From Octopus vulgaris (lineage: Eukaryota), in NCBI GenBank assembly GCA_951406725.2, contig OX597815.1, positions 41,664,001 through 41,728,000 of the forward strand: a stretch of 64,000 nucleotides of DNA, in the 5' to 3' direction. The notes under the pieces are model-generated. The model was not told the origin of the DNA and made no database searches. It was given only the letters and a program-made list of their open reading frames with translations. How positions within the stretch are numbered: position 1 is the stretch's first letter; each line of letters starts with the position of its first letter. A program made the translations under genes and the position numbers. Below, in pieces: positions 1 through 13,356 of this stretch.

Positions 1-1530
1 TCAGTGAATTTGGAACGTAGCGGGAAATGTCTCCACCCAACTTACTTGTGCTTTATTGACCCTTATAGGATACAAAGTAAAAGTGCACCTTCCCTGCTCC
101 AAATCTATATTTATCAAACTTAATCTATTTTTATCATTTATTGCTACTACTGATAAGCAATGGTTCATTCATATTTCTGTACTCTCTTAACCAGTCACTA
201 AACTCAGTACTTTTTCCTGACTCCAAGATTAGAATTTCAACATTTTTTTCTTCTTTTACTGCTGTATAATTCAAACATTGGTTTATTTGTCGTTTATTTT
301 CTCTCAAAGCTTAACAGATTTAACCCTTTCATAACCTTTTTTTATGGTTTTTACCACAATGCTTTTGTGTTTTAATTAATTTGAAAATAATCAATAATTT
401 GGAGGCACTTAGTAAAATTTTTTTATTATTATTATTATTAAGCATGTGTTTGGAATATATTTCAACAGAAGACTCTTACATACAATTATTGTGGAAGGTT
501 TTAATTTAAATACACTTTAAAATACATAGTTTTTGTATCCTAGAACTAAGAATAATCTTAGGTGGATTGTTATCAAGTGTTAAAGAGATTTCAAAAACAC
601 TCGGTGAACCTTTACTAATGACTAACAATTTGTGCTGAAATCTTTCTTTAAGAGCAACTTTGTCTTTTACTTTGAAGAACCTATTTCTTACAGCTGCTAT
701 AGTGAAATTGAACTTGTTTTAACCTCAATTTGTTCTCTCTGTCTCTCTCTCTATCTATCAATCAATCTATCTCTTTTTCTTTTTTTTTTTTTTTCAAGTA
801 AGCTATTGTTCTAATTGGAGTAGGGTTAGTTTTAAGGGCCAGTAAATATTCTTTGGGCTGAATTTTGCATAGCAGACTTATTCTATTAGTTTAGTTTTAA
901 ATCAATGATGCTTTTTAAACTACATTTTCCTAAAAAGTTTGATATTTGATTGTGGTGTTGAGTTTTTGGCAACTATCTTGAACAGAGCTGTCTCTCTCAT
1001 CTAGTTATTCAACAATGGGAGATTAACTGTACATTGAAAAGTCTGTATGTTGAACAGACCTGTGAGATTACCTATTAGAAATTATTAACCTTTTCATGAT
1101 CATATTTCTAATAATGTTAAATGCCTGTGTGTTTCAGTTAATTTTAAAAATAATAATGGACAAATTTAATTATTTTACTGATTCATTCCAAATTCTTAAT
1201 TAAGCTGGTGTTTGGAGCAGTAAAGGCTCAAGGCCTTGTGAAGAGGCTATCAAATTCACAATCATAAATTTGTAGGTTCATTTCCCAGATCAGGGAGCAT
1301 GTTGTACTCCTTGAGCAAGGCACTTCATTTCACATTACTCAACTTCACTCAACTGAAAGTGACCACCAGCAGCTGTGAGGGGTTGCTCTTGTGCCAGTTG
1401 TAAGATTGTGGGTTTAATTTCTGGACTGGACAGTACATTGTGTCCTCGAGCAAGGCATTTCATCTTACATTGCTCCAGTCTATTTGGCTGAAAATGAGCT
1501 ACAGCTACTGCTCATTTTTAGCCAAATAAA

Positions 1531-1755
1531 TCCCACCCCCAGCTTGGGGGTAAAGTCTCGAATGTAATTTCTTCCTGGTAGGAATTGATTGGGTTGAATT
1601 ATCGATAGCTGTTTGATAGTTATTTGGGAGTGAAGAGAAGACATTGCAACCTACACATGCGCCTTCGTTCCCTAGAGGGAAAGGACTAGATTGGGATTAG
1701 TCATTGCCAACTAGGGGCTCTTACATACCCGGGCAACGCCGGGCTATGCTGCTAG
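1531..1755 (+). mobile_element. Short non-autonomous Helitron (3' end clear)
   Basis: GC hairpin cccgggcaacgccggg (1728-1743), then CTAG|t at 1752-1756. Possible a|TC 5' end at 1531. Confidence 0.7.
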
Positions 1756-2904
1756 TAAAATTATAATGGAAGGTTTTAATTTCAATATGATATCCAATAT
1801 CAACTAGGCCAGTGTTGAAGGGATTAATTATATGCTGACTGCATTATATTATCCAATAAGGAAGCCTTTATGTGATCACTTGACCTGTTAGAAATAACCA
1901 CTATTTTTCCCTCTAATTATACAGCCTGACATTTTTAAACAGTGGTGAATACATTGGATAATGTGTCTGGGAAACACTATTTCAGAGTGGGGAAAAAAAG
2001 TTGTGGAGACAGGAAGGTTAGAGCTTAAAGGTTTTTGATCTTATTAGTTCTAGTCATGAGCATCCAGTCTTTTCAACCTTAGTTTATCTTGTACTACATT
2101 ATCCAATGTATATTTTTAAAGTCTTTTGTTTAGATGGAATTTGGCTGCTATTTCTACAAGTTAAAATAACAAACTATGTACAAGTTCCTTCATCATTTCA
2201 TTTCATAAATACATGATGTTTTGAAAATATGATTCATAAATGAAATGCAGAATGAAAAAAATTAATTTAAGGATTTACTGCAGACAATAGGAATAGTTAT
2301 TTTTTCTCAAGAAGGAAAAAAATTAATTTGACTATTTTTTTTTTGCTGTTCTAAAATGCAGTTGATATTTTGATATGAATGATATTATAAAGCATTTTAT
2401 TAGATATTTTAAAAATGTAATGTTGTAAGGATGATATACTCACTTTCCAAGATATGGTATTTTTTAGGGATGGAAAATATTTATTAAAAGATTACATTGA
2501 CATAGAACTGATTGTAGGAGAAATTAAATGTTACCAATTCTATAGTCGAATTAGATTCATTAACTTTATTAAATTTCTTCAGAAAATTCTTAAACTTGTT
2601 ATTCATTTGAAAATGTGAGCTTCTGAAAATGCTTAAAATAATAAAATTTAAATCATTTCCAGCATACACTTTCTTTCCTGTTTCCTTGACAATCCTATTT
2701 AATTAATAAGTTCAAGAATTGGTACCAACCTTGCTGGAGTTTCGAAGAAAATCTTTGGACACATTTAAAAATATAAACCAAATTAACATTTTTTTTTTAT
2801 AATTGTTTTGATTTTTTTGATTTAAAGAGACTTGTTAATATGTATTTGATTTAATTTATTTTAACATTATTTTAATTTCTTTTTCATATTTTTCTTTTCC
2901 ACAG

Positions 2905-4458
2905 ATGCAGCATCTTTTCTTTCACAACTACAAAGAGGAGAAAGGATCATTCACATACAGCCTGAACAAAGCAGATCTAAATCAAGCCATCACTTTACAT
3001 CCTATCAAGGAACCAACACATCAATTCCGCGTTCATAATTACATTTTAGGACAACGCATATCGAGCTTACGCCAAAAGACCCTGAATCTACACCGGGAGA
3101 TAAATTCAGTAAATCAGTTGCTAGGGGAACAAGACTCTGAGAAACCAAACAATCTTGGTTTAAGGACTTCTATAACAAAATATAATCCAAAAGATGAGGA
3201 AGATGTTTTTGAGTGGGATTTTTTTACTAGACCCTTGTATTCAGCTGCTGACGTTAATCCTAAACGAGGAATGCCTGCTCATATGCGTGTAGCACTTGAT
3301 GACATTATACAGCAGACCATACACATGATCAATGGAAATGCCAGACAGCGTGGCCGTCATATTGATTTTAAAGAAATTCTTTATGGTTACCGGAGATTAA
3401 ATCCATATTTAAGCTGTGACTATATTCTTGACCTGCTTTTAATTTACAGGAAACACAAGGGACGTCGAATGACTGTCCCCGTTCGAAGACATGCATACTT
3501 ACAGCAGAATTTTGGCCCTATGGAAATTTTGGAAGACTATTTTCCATCAAATAAGGAAGAATACATTTCATACGATTCTGTTCATCCTTTCGCACATCTC
3601 TTTACAGACTATAAATCTCCAGAACGGACTAACGTTGATAAAACCAAAGAAACTATACATATCGTTCTATCATTATCTGGTCGGTATGAAACCTTTAAAA
3701 GATTTATGAAAAACTATGAACAAATTGTTCTAATTCCAAAAGAAAAAGTTCACTTAAATATTGTTCTTTTTGACAGTACAGATGATACAGCCTTACAGAA
3801 ATCTATAAATTTGATTGTCCAGTATCAACAACGCTATGGTGCTAATTCAGTCGAACTTATTGAAGCTAATGGAGCATTTTCTCGGGCTAAGGCATTGAAG
3901 TTAGGTTCATCTGATACAAAACCTAATTCTCTACTATTTTTTATGGATGTCGATATTCTCGTTAGTAGGGATGTTTTTCAACGTGTTCGTATGAACACCA
4001 GACAGGGACTTCAAGTATATTTTCCAATTGTGTTCAGTCAGTTTGATACAAGAAGTTTTTGCCCTGATCCAGTTAATTGCAAATTTGATATTAGAGATTT
4101 CCGTAATGACTATGGGAATTGGCGACAGTTTGGTTTTGGAATTGCAAGTATATATAAAAGTGATCTTGAAGCTGTTGGTGGTTTTGATACGAGTATTCAA
4201 GGATGGGGCAAAGAGGATGTTGATCTTTACCAAAAATTTATCAATAGTAACTTAACTATTTTTCGCACTGTTGACCCTGGGTTGTATCATGCATTCCATC
4301 ATGTTTCTTGTGATCCTGCCTTGGAACCAGCGCAGTATCAAATGTGTCTTGGTTCTCGTGCTTCTGGTTATCAGTCTGTTCATGAATTAGCAAAACAATT
4401 TTATAGCCAGCCCCATCTCTTAAATAGCAGACCAATGGATAGTAATCATAACTCCTGA
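2905..4458 (+). CDS. CHSY1: Last coding exon of chondroitin sulfate synthase 1-like glycosyltransferase (earlier exons lie left of the window)
   Basis: 517-codon ORF starts directly after a strong acceptor (tttcttttccacag|ATGCAG). It carries CHSY-family motifs AITLHP, IDFKEILYGYRR, VRRHAYLQQNF, FMDVD (DxD), WRQFGFG and GWGKEDVDLY. The ATG is an internal Met at the exon start, as in the large terminal exon of vertebrate CHSY1. Confidence 0.93.
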   Translation: MQHLFFHNYKEEKGSFTYSLNKADLNQAITLHPIKEPTHQFRVHNYILGQRISSLRQKTLNLHREINSVNQLLGEQDSEKPNNLGLRTSITKYNPKDEEDVFEWDFFTRPLYSAADVNPKRGMPAHMRVALDDIIQQTIHMINGNARQRGRHIDFKEILYGYRRLNPYLSCDYILDLLLIYRKHKGRRMTVPVRRHAYLQQNFGPMEILEDYFPSNKEEYISYDSVHPFAHLFTDYKSPERTNVDKTKETIHIVLSLSGRYETFKRFMKNYEQIVLIPKEKVHLNIVLFDSTDDTALQKSINLIVQYQQRYGANSVELIEANGAFSRAKALKLGSSDTKPNSLLFFMDVDILVSRDVFQRVRMNTRQGLQVYFPIVFSQFDTRSFCPDPVNCKFDIRDFRNDYGNWRQFGFGIASIYKSDLEAVGGFDTSIQGWGKEDVDLYQKFINSNLTIFRTVDPGLYHAFHHVSCDPALEPAQYQMCLGSRASGYQSVHELAKQFYSQPHLLNSRPMDSNHNS

Positions 4459-5304
4459 TAAAGGCTTTTATCTCTTTAGGTTCCTTTTTTTTTTATTTTT
4501 TTATTTCCATGTACCTGCAGATACACTTTCGTTAAATCATGTGTGAATATATGCTTGTGTGTCTGATAACATCTTTGGTAGTCTCATTATTGTGTAAATA
4601 TATTACATATTGTTTTTTTTAACATCAAGATATATATATTATTACCATTTCAAAAAAAAAAGTGACATTTGCTTTTATTTTTTTTCCCTCCCCCAAAATT
4701 AATAACTTTGATTTTGGTGGAAGATATGTTGTAATATTTCTTGCATTTGAGTTTTTTTTTTTTTTTTTTTCACATAAGAAATATTTATTTCTCTTTATGT
4801 CTTAAAAAAAAATAAATAAATTCTAAAAAAAGAAAAAAGAAAACATCAGATCATCGACTAGAAATCAGAAGTACACCTCAATAACAAGATCAGAAACGAT
4901 TTGAAGAACAATGATGATGATGATGATGATGATGGTGATGATGGTGTTATGTGCAGCAGTAGAAATAACAACAATAATGAAAAAAAAACAACCAACCAAC
5001 CAACCAACCAGCTGGATTTAGATACTGAAGTTTTAATTATTTGTAAATTTTATATGTGCATGTGTGCGTGAGTGTTTGTGTGAGAGAGAGAGAGAGAGAA
5101 AGAGAGAGAGTATATGTATATCTCTCTTTTTGTTTGTTTCTCTGCTAATTTATGTGTGTGTGATGGTGTAATGTGTGTGTGTTATCTATCTATACGCACA
5201 CACACACACATACATATACAAGTGTGTTTATGTATACACACACACACATATGTATTCAAGATGAATGGGAAGCAGTCCGAGGGATAACAATATTGAGCGC
5301 ACAT

Positions 5305-5730
5305 ACACAAGGTATGTGTTTTGTCAGTTTGTGAGGAAGCTGTGATTGTAGGCATAAGAGACTATATTCTCATAATGTACTTGGTGTTAAAACACCTGGA
5401 AGTCATAGACAAGCAAGATAAACTCGCATCAGGTCCCATTGCAAGAACGATAGACATTAATGTTTTGTCATCTTTGTGACTTGTCAATACCACATACGAG
5501 ACTATGTGCAAAATGGTGTAAGAACCATCTGCTGGTATGCCCCAACATTTCATACCATGGAAAAAATTCAAATATGAACGAGAAGCAGCCTGAAAGATAT
5601 AAACAATTCAAATAGACATACACAGCGTATATGTTTTGTCAGTTTATGGGCAGGTGACTTCATGAGAATATATTTACTTATGTTTACAATCACAGCCTGC
5701 CCACAAACTGATAAAATACATACCTTGTGT
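5305..5730. mobile_element. MITE-like fold-back element in the putative CHSY1 3' UTR
   Basis: 54-bp inverted arms 5305-5358 / 5677-5730, plus an internal partial direct copy at ~5618-5655. Confidence 0.65.
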
Positions 5731-5771
5731 GTGTGTATGTATGTATGTGTATATATATATATATATATATA

Positions 5772-6321
5772 TTGGGTTGTCCAGAAAGTTTGTGCTGATT
5801 TTTAAAGGAAAGAAAAAGGTCAATAAATACTTGTCATTACATTTCTAATCAACCAAATATGAACCATTTTGTTGCACAATGCGTTTCTATCTTTCGTTTG
5901 ACTTGAAAATACCCTCTTTCCAGAACAGAGGTGGTTTCATGACAAAGAATTCATCAAGATATCTCTTTACGTCATCCAAGGAATTGAAATTTTTACCATT
6001 AAGACTATTTTGCAGAGACCTGAATAAGTGGAAATCCGAAGGAGCAATATCTGGTGAATATGGAGGGTGGGGTAACACATCCCAGCCGAGTTGCAGCAAT
6101 TTTTGTCTGGTTCCCAAAGCATCAAGTGCCGAAAATGAACTTTCTTATCTTCCATTTTAACACCGATTATAGGAACATAAACCTTCTTCCACAAAAACGT
6201 AGCTTAAACTGTGCTTTAAATGGAGGTGTAGTAAAATCCTATTTTATGGACTCAACCATGTTCTAAAATATGTCGAAAGGTAAGCTACTATAAATCGGCA
6301 CAAACTTTCCGGACAACCCAA
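5772..6321 (-). mobile_element. Internally deleted mariner (Tc1/mariner) element
   Basis: TIRs ttgggttgtccagaaagtttgtgc / gcacaaactttccggacaacccaa inside (TA)n. Transposase N-terminus MEDKKVHFRHLML is joined to the C-terminal HPPYSPDIAPSDFHLF segment. Confidence 0.9.
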
Positions 6322-6336
6322 TATATATATATATAT

Positions 6337-6385
<49 letters not shown>

Positions 6386-7090
6386 TAGATGTGTGTGTGT
6401 ATACATACTGTGAAAACTCTCTACAACATGATTAACCTCACAATGAAAATATATGCATGCAGTAAATCCTCAATCTAAGCAAACCTGATTAATAATAATA
6501 ATAATTATTATTATTATTATTATTATTATACACTGCTATAACTGTCGTCACAGCAAAACACTCTTCAAATTACACCATCGAAAAAAGGATGTAAAACTTA
6601 AATATTTTTTATTTTAATATAATAATTTTATATTGTGCTCTAGTTCATATTGCCTTAAAGCAAATGGTCTAAAGGTTAATCATCAGATTTTCAGTATTAA
6701 GGAACATATTGTCCCTACTTATTAATCCATTAATCAAGGTTTATCATGCAGATTCTCATTTTATTTCTGGTGACACAAATGATGACAAGTCTTCACTGTA
6801 GACTTGTCAGATGTGTTGGTGCTGTTGAGGCGATATTGGTACTTATTAGTACTGTTAGTCACAAACTGTCATTATTAAGAATAGATTTACATAATCTTCC
6901 CAACAATCAAGCATATGTCTTCATCTCCCACCCCTCTTCTACACCTCTTTTTTTTTGTCATTATTTAGTTTTTGGCATTTCACTGTTCTTCAAATTAATA
7001 AGTTAATGGGTGCTATTTTTGTATAAAAACACATCTATAAAAAAAAACTGTAGAGATATGTAACTGTAAATTGCTAACTAAATTCTGTAT

Positions 7091-7096
7091 AATAAA
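7091..7096 (+). promoter_or_regulatory. Possible distal CHSY1 poly(A) signal
   Basis: AATAAA followed by GT-rich sequence, just before the SINE-dense region starts. A proximal AATAAA also occurs at 4811. Confidence 0.3.
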
Positions 7097-7902
7097 ATGT
7101 GTATTTCAGTAGTGTCCTAGGTTGTGACTCAAATGTTATCAATACTACTATTGTTCCTACTACTACTAAATGCCAAATAACTATTACATGTGTGATGCAA
7201 AAGTATTAACTATATGTTGCTGAACTGCCATATTTAATTGTACAACTTCTCAATCAAATATTCCCTATGAAATTTCTGATTTTTTAGAATTGAATTTTTT
7301 TAGTATTTATGAATTAATGTTAATTTCATTTAAAAAAAGAAAAAAAATTAAGAAGCAAAACAAAATTATTAAGAAACAAAAGAAAAATATCAAATGAACA
7401 TGCTAGTTGATCTTCTTGATTTGATTCTTAACTTAAAACCCTTAATTGTTTTTTAACCTGCTATAGAGAAAACTTGTTTCTTTTAAGTTTATAGTTAAAA
7501 TCATAACCTGCAATACGGAAAATCAATTCTTTTTAAGTTTATAAAATTTCACTTCTTTTGTTTAATGTCTTTCTTTTATATTTACTTGTCTAAGTGAGAT
7601 AGAACTATTGTATCCCAACAAAATTTACCAATATGTTATAAAAAAAAAAGTAACTGACTCTTTAGCATTTAGATTTCTCTGTCAAATGTAATGCTTATTT
7701 ATTCACCATTGTTTTGAATTAATCATGCATTATCTCATAGCTGCATGATTTCAGTGATGTGAATTTTTATTTTTAGAATAATATTGTAGGGTGGATGTGA
7801 GAAGCAGGATCTGGCCTGTTTGAGTATAAAACAAGTAGAATATTTGGACTGGATATGGTCACTTCAAGTGATAAAGGTTTCAAAGCAAGATTTTTTAAAA
7901 AT

Positions 7903-8269
7903 TACTCTTTACTCTTTTACTTGTTTCAGTCATTTGACTGTGGCCATGCTGGAGCACCGCCTTTAGTCAAGCAAATCAACCCCAGGACTTATTCTTTGTA
8001 AGCCTAGTACTTATTCTATCGGTCTCTTTTGCCAAACCACTAAGTTACGGGGACGTAAACACACCAGCATCGGTTGTCAAGCGATGTTGGGGGGGGACAA
8101 ACATATACACACACACATACAGTTTCCTTCTACCAAATCCACTCACAAGGTTTTGGTTGACCCAAGGCTATAGTAGAAGACACTTGCCCAAGGTGCCACA
8201 CTGTGGGACTGAACCCAGAATCATGTGGTTCATAAGCAAGCTACTTACCACACAGCCACTCCTATGCCT
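7903..8269 (-). mobile_element. tRNA-headed SINE family A (internal CA/TA microsatellite, stem-loop plus (TAAAAGAG)n tail)
   Basis: On -: A box TGGCTGTGTGG and B box GGTTCAGTCC; near-identical to many copies in the window. Confidence 0.85.
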
Positions 8270-8777
8270 ATACGCATATTGAATGATGGTGTCTTGAATA
8301 TATTGTCTGAAAATATGTTGAGATGGTCATGGTTGGACCACTTTGACTTTGGATGTACTTGACTACTAAACAACAGCAAAAAATAGATTTTGTTGTTTTG
8401 TGCTATAGTTTATTTTGTCATCATGCATACATAAGAGAGAGTGATAGACAGAAAGTTGTGTTATAAAGTTGCCAACCTGGTAAGGCTTAAACTCAGAATT
8501 TGAGAGAATTAATCAATATTTGACTTTGCCCTTCTACATTGTGAATTCAATCCACAGGTAATAAAATACATACCAGTAATATACTGGAGTTGATTTCATT
8601 CAAAACTATCACTTACCTACAAAAATATTTCACTGGAGGCAGTAATTTTAGCTTGATGATATTTTATTTATCATGGAGTTTTTATCATGATCATTATTAG
8701 TGGATATTTTCTGTTGAACAGAGGGTCTATTGTATTGTATTATATTTTAAAAATTATGTATGTGTGTATGTATGCAT

Positions 8778-8811
<34 letters not shown>

Positions 8812-9226
8812 AATATAATTTTCATAAATTGAGGTATTTCAGTGTCTTGATAAGTAATGGTATTACCACATTCTTCATTAATATGCTACCAACATACACA
8901 CATTAGCTTTGCATTGGTTGTTATAAACTGATATATTCAGAGTTCTCATCTTGGTCTTAGTATTTTGGTTGTTGTATTCTCCAGCATACTTCAAGTACTT
9001 GTCACATTTGGTAATATCTCAGAATTTCTACTTGAACACTTTATGAAATTCCACAGGAGTGGAATGGATTGTTGTCATTTTGTTATCCATACCAAGAATA
9101 TTCTCCCGTTAGCTATCTACTCGCCTCTTTTTTACTTGAACCAGAAAATATATTACTTGACTGACCCAGAGATTGAACTCTCACCCACTAGTTGAACTAC
9201 TACACTTAACACTAGATACTTAATCT

Positions 9227-9621
9227 TTTTGTTTTACTTGTTTCAATCATATGACTGTGGCCGTACTGGGGCACCACCTTGAAGGGTTTCAGTAGAACAA
9301 ATTGAGCCCCAAGACATTTTTTTAAAGCCTAGTACTTGTTCTGTTTTTCTCTTTTATGGGGATATAAACACGCCAACACTGGTTGTCAAGCAGTGGTTGG
9401 GGACAAACACAGACATGAAGACACACACACACACACACGTATATATATATATACACACAAGAGGTTTCTTTTAGTTTCCATTTACTAAATCCACTCACAA
9501 GGCTTTGGTCAGCCTGAAGCTATAGTAGAAGACACTTGCCCAAGGTGTCTTGCTGTGGGACTGAACCCAGAACCATGTGGTTAGGAAGCAAGCTTCTTAC
9601 CACACAGCCATGCCTGCACCT
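9227..9621 (-). mobile_element. SINE family A
   Basis: Same head, body and tail as the 7903 copy. Confidence 0.8.
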
Positions 9622-10381
9622 AATAATGTTTATATCCACTGTCCCACTCTTAATATAATCAAGGCTGTGTTTGCAAGTTAGTTTATTTATATAACATTCA
9701 CCTCTTGCTCAGTATTTAAGCACAACTCTTCAAATTGGACACAGTTGTATTTCAGGCATGGGCAACATTTTTCTAGAAGTGAGCCACATAAGACATGGTT
9801 TATCATCAGGTGGGCCATACTACTAAAAAGATTCACAGCAATTTCTGGTTAGGCATGCTCATTAGACATGCCATTCAGAAAGTCTTGCAGGCCACACATT
9901 GTCCATGACTGTTTACATAACAGACTTCTTTAGTACCCTGCTAGGGGTTAACCCTTATAATTTTTACTGAATTGAAGCTACATGTATGTCTTTGTGTCTG
10001 TGTTTGTCCCCACTATCACCATTTGACAACTGGTGTTGGTATGTTTATGTCCCTGAAACTTAGCAGCTTGGCAAAAGAGACCAATAGAATAAGTACTAGG
10101 TTTAAAAAACGTAAGGGGTTGATTTGATCGACTAAAACCCTTCAAGGTGGTGCTCCAGCATGGACACAGTCAAATAACTGAAACAAGTAAAAGAATATAT
10201 AGTTATGACAAGCTTCTTTCAGTTTTCATCTACCAAATCTACTCATAAGGCTTTGGTCAGCCTGAGGCTATAGTAGAAAAACTTGCCCAAGGTGCCATGC
10301 AGTGGGACTGAACCCGGAAGCATGTGGTTGGGATGCAAGTTTCTTACCATACACCCACGCGTATATATATATATATAGATA

Positions 10382-10742
10382 TCATCATCGTTTAACGTCC
10401 GTTTTCCATGCTGGACAGTTCAACCGGGTCTGGGAAGCTAGGAGGCTGCACCAGGCTCCAGTCTGATCTGGCGGTGTTTCTACAGCTGGATGTCCTTCCT
10501 AACACCAACCACTCTGTGAGTGTAGTGGGTGCTTTTTATGTGCCACTGGCACAGGTGCCAGGGGAGGCTGGCAAGGGCCACAATCGGTTGGTGCTTTTTA
10601 CATGCCACCGGCACGGAAGCCGGTCAAGGTGGCACTGGCATCGGCCACGTTTGGATGGTGCTTTTTATGTGCCACTGGCACAGGTATCACAACTACAATT
10701 TCCATTTGATTTTTTGATGATGTACTTGACTCAGTAGGTCTC

Positions 10743-10746
<4 letters not shown>
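10382..10746 (-). mobile_element. SINE family C with RTE-like (GAT)n tail and internal tandem units (other copies ~34750-35020, 41415-41590, 42737-42895, 47058-47260, 48450-48637, 51760-51935)
   Basis: Shared ttggcgttaggaagggcatccagc...gcatggaaaacggacgttaaacgatgatgat; three ggtgctttttatgtgccactggcac-like units. Confidence 0.75.
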
Positions 10747-10794
<48 letters not shown>

Positions 10795-11725
10795 GATATT
10801 TTAATAAAACCCTTTCTAAACTTATGATCATAATGAAAATTAATTTTAACGCAGAAGCCTTTTGTAAATAATTTTCTAATGTGTAAATTGTCTAAGTCAA
10901 AGAAATGTTAAATGTATTGCTGACTGATTTCAATCTTAGGCTATGTTCCAAATGCCAAAAATATTGGCTTTATCTTGGTAACATACAGTGAAGATAAGTA
11001 AAATTTAAATACCCTGTTGTCTGAAGCTGATAGCATTTATTTTTATAGACTGGGATTAATTTATTAGCTAATTAGAAATAATACAAAACATTTTTCTTAC
11101 ATGGTATATTTCCAGAAGTATCCAACAGTAAGGCTTGTGCCACAACACCATATATATACATATATATATAGCTGCCTGAACAGAATTTGAAGAATTTTCC
11201 CTAGGAATAATTGTTTGACTATGTTAGTCAATGGCCCCAAGATGAGTTTCACAACATTTATGTTGACTTAAGTCACAGGACAACTCTGCTTGTTTTACAT
11301 GCCTTAACATTTTTCATCTTTCCTCCCTCCACTTCACTCATTCTCTCTCTCTTTCTCTCCTTAATTTCTCTCTCTCTCTCAGGTTAAAACTCATGCATGG
11401 TGTTAAAAAAACAAATTATTGTGGTAGTTAGTTGTATAACCAAAGACCGCTTCCATTAGACCACCATATTTCAGATGTACTTTATTTTCTTTTTCCATAC
11501 AAAGCCCTCCCAATAATATTTTCCTTCATACTTATATACATTAGGTGCTAGTAGTTTTCTAGTATGATGTTTTCACTAAATAATCCTTCCAAATTATTTC
11601 TGGTTATATTATAGGATAAGATCTTGATTCAGGAAAACAGCTGCTACTTCATTATATGTAATTATGATGTGAGTGTGTTTGTGTGTATGTATTTGTGTGT
11701 GTATGTATGTATGCTTGTATGTATG

Positions 11726-11760
<35 letters not shown>

Positions 11761-12371
11761 ATATATAAGGTATGTGTGTGTATATATATACATACACATC
11801 ACATATATATTTACACACACACATTATGTATGTGTGTAATCTGTAGAAAATCTACATATTCAACTGTCATTCGGTTGGAACTACAAGAGTTATTATCTTA
11901 AGCTATTCCTCCCTTTGCCATTATTCTTTACCCCTTGTGTTTGGGTTGGTCACAGAAAATGATCAGATAATAAAGCACTTCTCACTTCCATGTTAGAAAT
12001 GTCTTGGAACGAATCTAAAACCAAGAAAATACTGAACAGGTTTATTTTTTTAAATACATTTTATTTGTATTAACACTTATTCTTCAGAGAGGCATAACAA
12101 CACCTTTTTTTGTTTGTCTTTTGTATTGGTGTTTTGTCATATCATTTTATCTTTTCCATAGATGATTTTCTGCTGTGAGGTTAGACCTGCTCTCTTTTCT
12201 GTGTGTGTGTATGTATATATATATATATATATATGTACATACGCAAAAATGTGTGTGTGTGTGTGTAGGGTATAGCTTAAGTATAAGACCACATATATAT
12301 AGTTAAGATTTTTTTTAAAGATATATCATTTTATAAGTGTAACCTAAACTAGAATAGAGAACAACTTTCAA

Positions 12372-12405
<34 letters not shown>

Positions 12406-12594
12406 AAAGGTAATGAAAAATTTTGTAGACATATATACTACTTTGAGTTCAGCTATGTAATGTAGCTGAAATGTTTAAAAAATTATTCTGAATCATTTGA
12501 AAGAAAAGTGTTCAACTTCTATTTAATTCCAAGATAATCTTATATTTCATTATGGATACTGACTATTTAGCCTGCATACAATATATATATATAT

Positions 12595-13098
12595 TTTCTT
12601 TTACTTGTTTCAGCTATTTGACTGCGGCCATGCTGGAGCACTGCCTTTAGTCAAACAAATCAACCCCAGGACTTATTCTTCATAAGCCTAGTATTTATTT
12701 TATCAGTCTCTTTTGTTAAGTTACAGGAATGTAAACACACCAACATTGGTGTTAAACACACCAACATTGGTGTCAAGCAGTGGTGGGAGGACAAACACAG
12801 ACACACAAATACATATATATATATATATAGATAGATACATACACAACAGGCTTCTTTCAGTTTCCATCTACCAAATCCACTCACAAGGCTTTGGTCGGCT
12901 CGAGGCTATAGTAGAAGATACTTGCCCAAGGTACCACTCCTGTGTGGCTATGTGGTAAGAAGCTTGCTTCCCAACCACATGGTTCAGGGTTCAGTCTTAC
13001 TACATGGCACCTTGGGCCAGTGCTTTCTACTATAGCCTCAAGCCAACCAAAGCCTTGTGAGTGGATTTGGAAGACAGAAACTGAAAGAAGCCTGTCGG

Positions 13099-13129
<31 letters not shown>

Positions 13130-13356
13130 TATATACATATACATATATATAATGTTTATATGTCTGTTTTTATGCCCCCCACCATCGCTTGACAACCGAT
13201 GTTGGTGTGTTTACATCCCTATAACTTAGCAGTTCAGCAAAAGAGATGGATAGAATAATTACTAGGCCTCTAAAGAATGTCCTGGGGGTTGATTCTTTCA
13301 ACTGAAGGTGGTGCTCCAGCATGGTTACAGTCAAATGACTGAAACCAGTAAAAGAA
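12595..13356. mobile_element. Two SINE A copies joined head-to-head (- 12595-12932, + 12940-13356)
   Basis: Left copy lacks its tRNA head and abuts the head of the oppositely oriented copy. Confidence 0.85.

Noticed and set aside
10520-10690. Three ~25-bp repeats with spacers, superficially CRISPR-like
   Set aside because: Internal tandem units of SINE family C (also at ~34910-35000) in a eukaryotic genome; no cas genes.
11609-11901. YIYI/CVCV-rich short ORFs here and throughout the window
   Set aside because: Translations of (TA)n/(CA)n microsatellites.
12940-13010. tRNA-like A/B boxes
   Set aside because: SINE heads without a complete cloverleaf; not tRNA genes.
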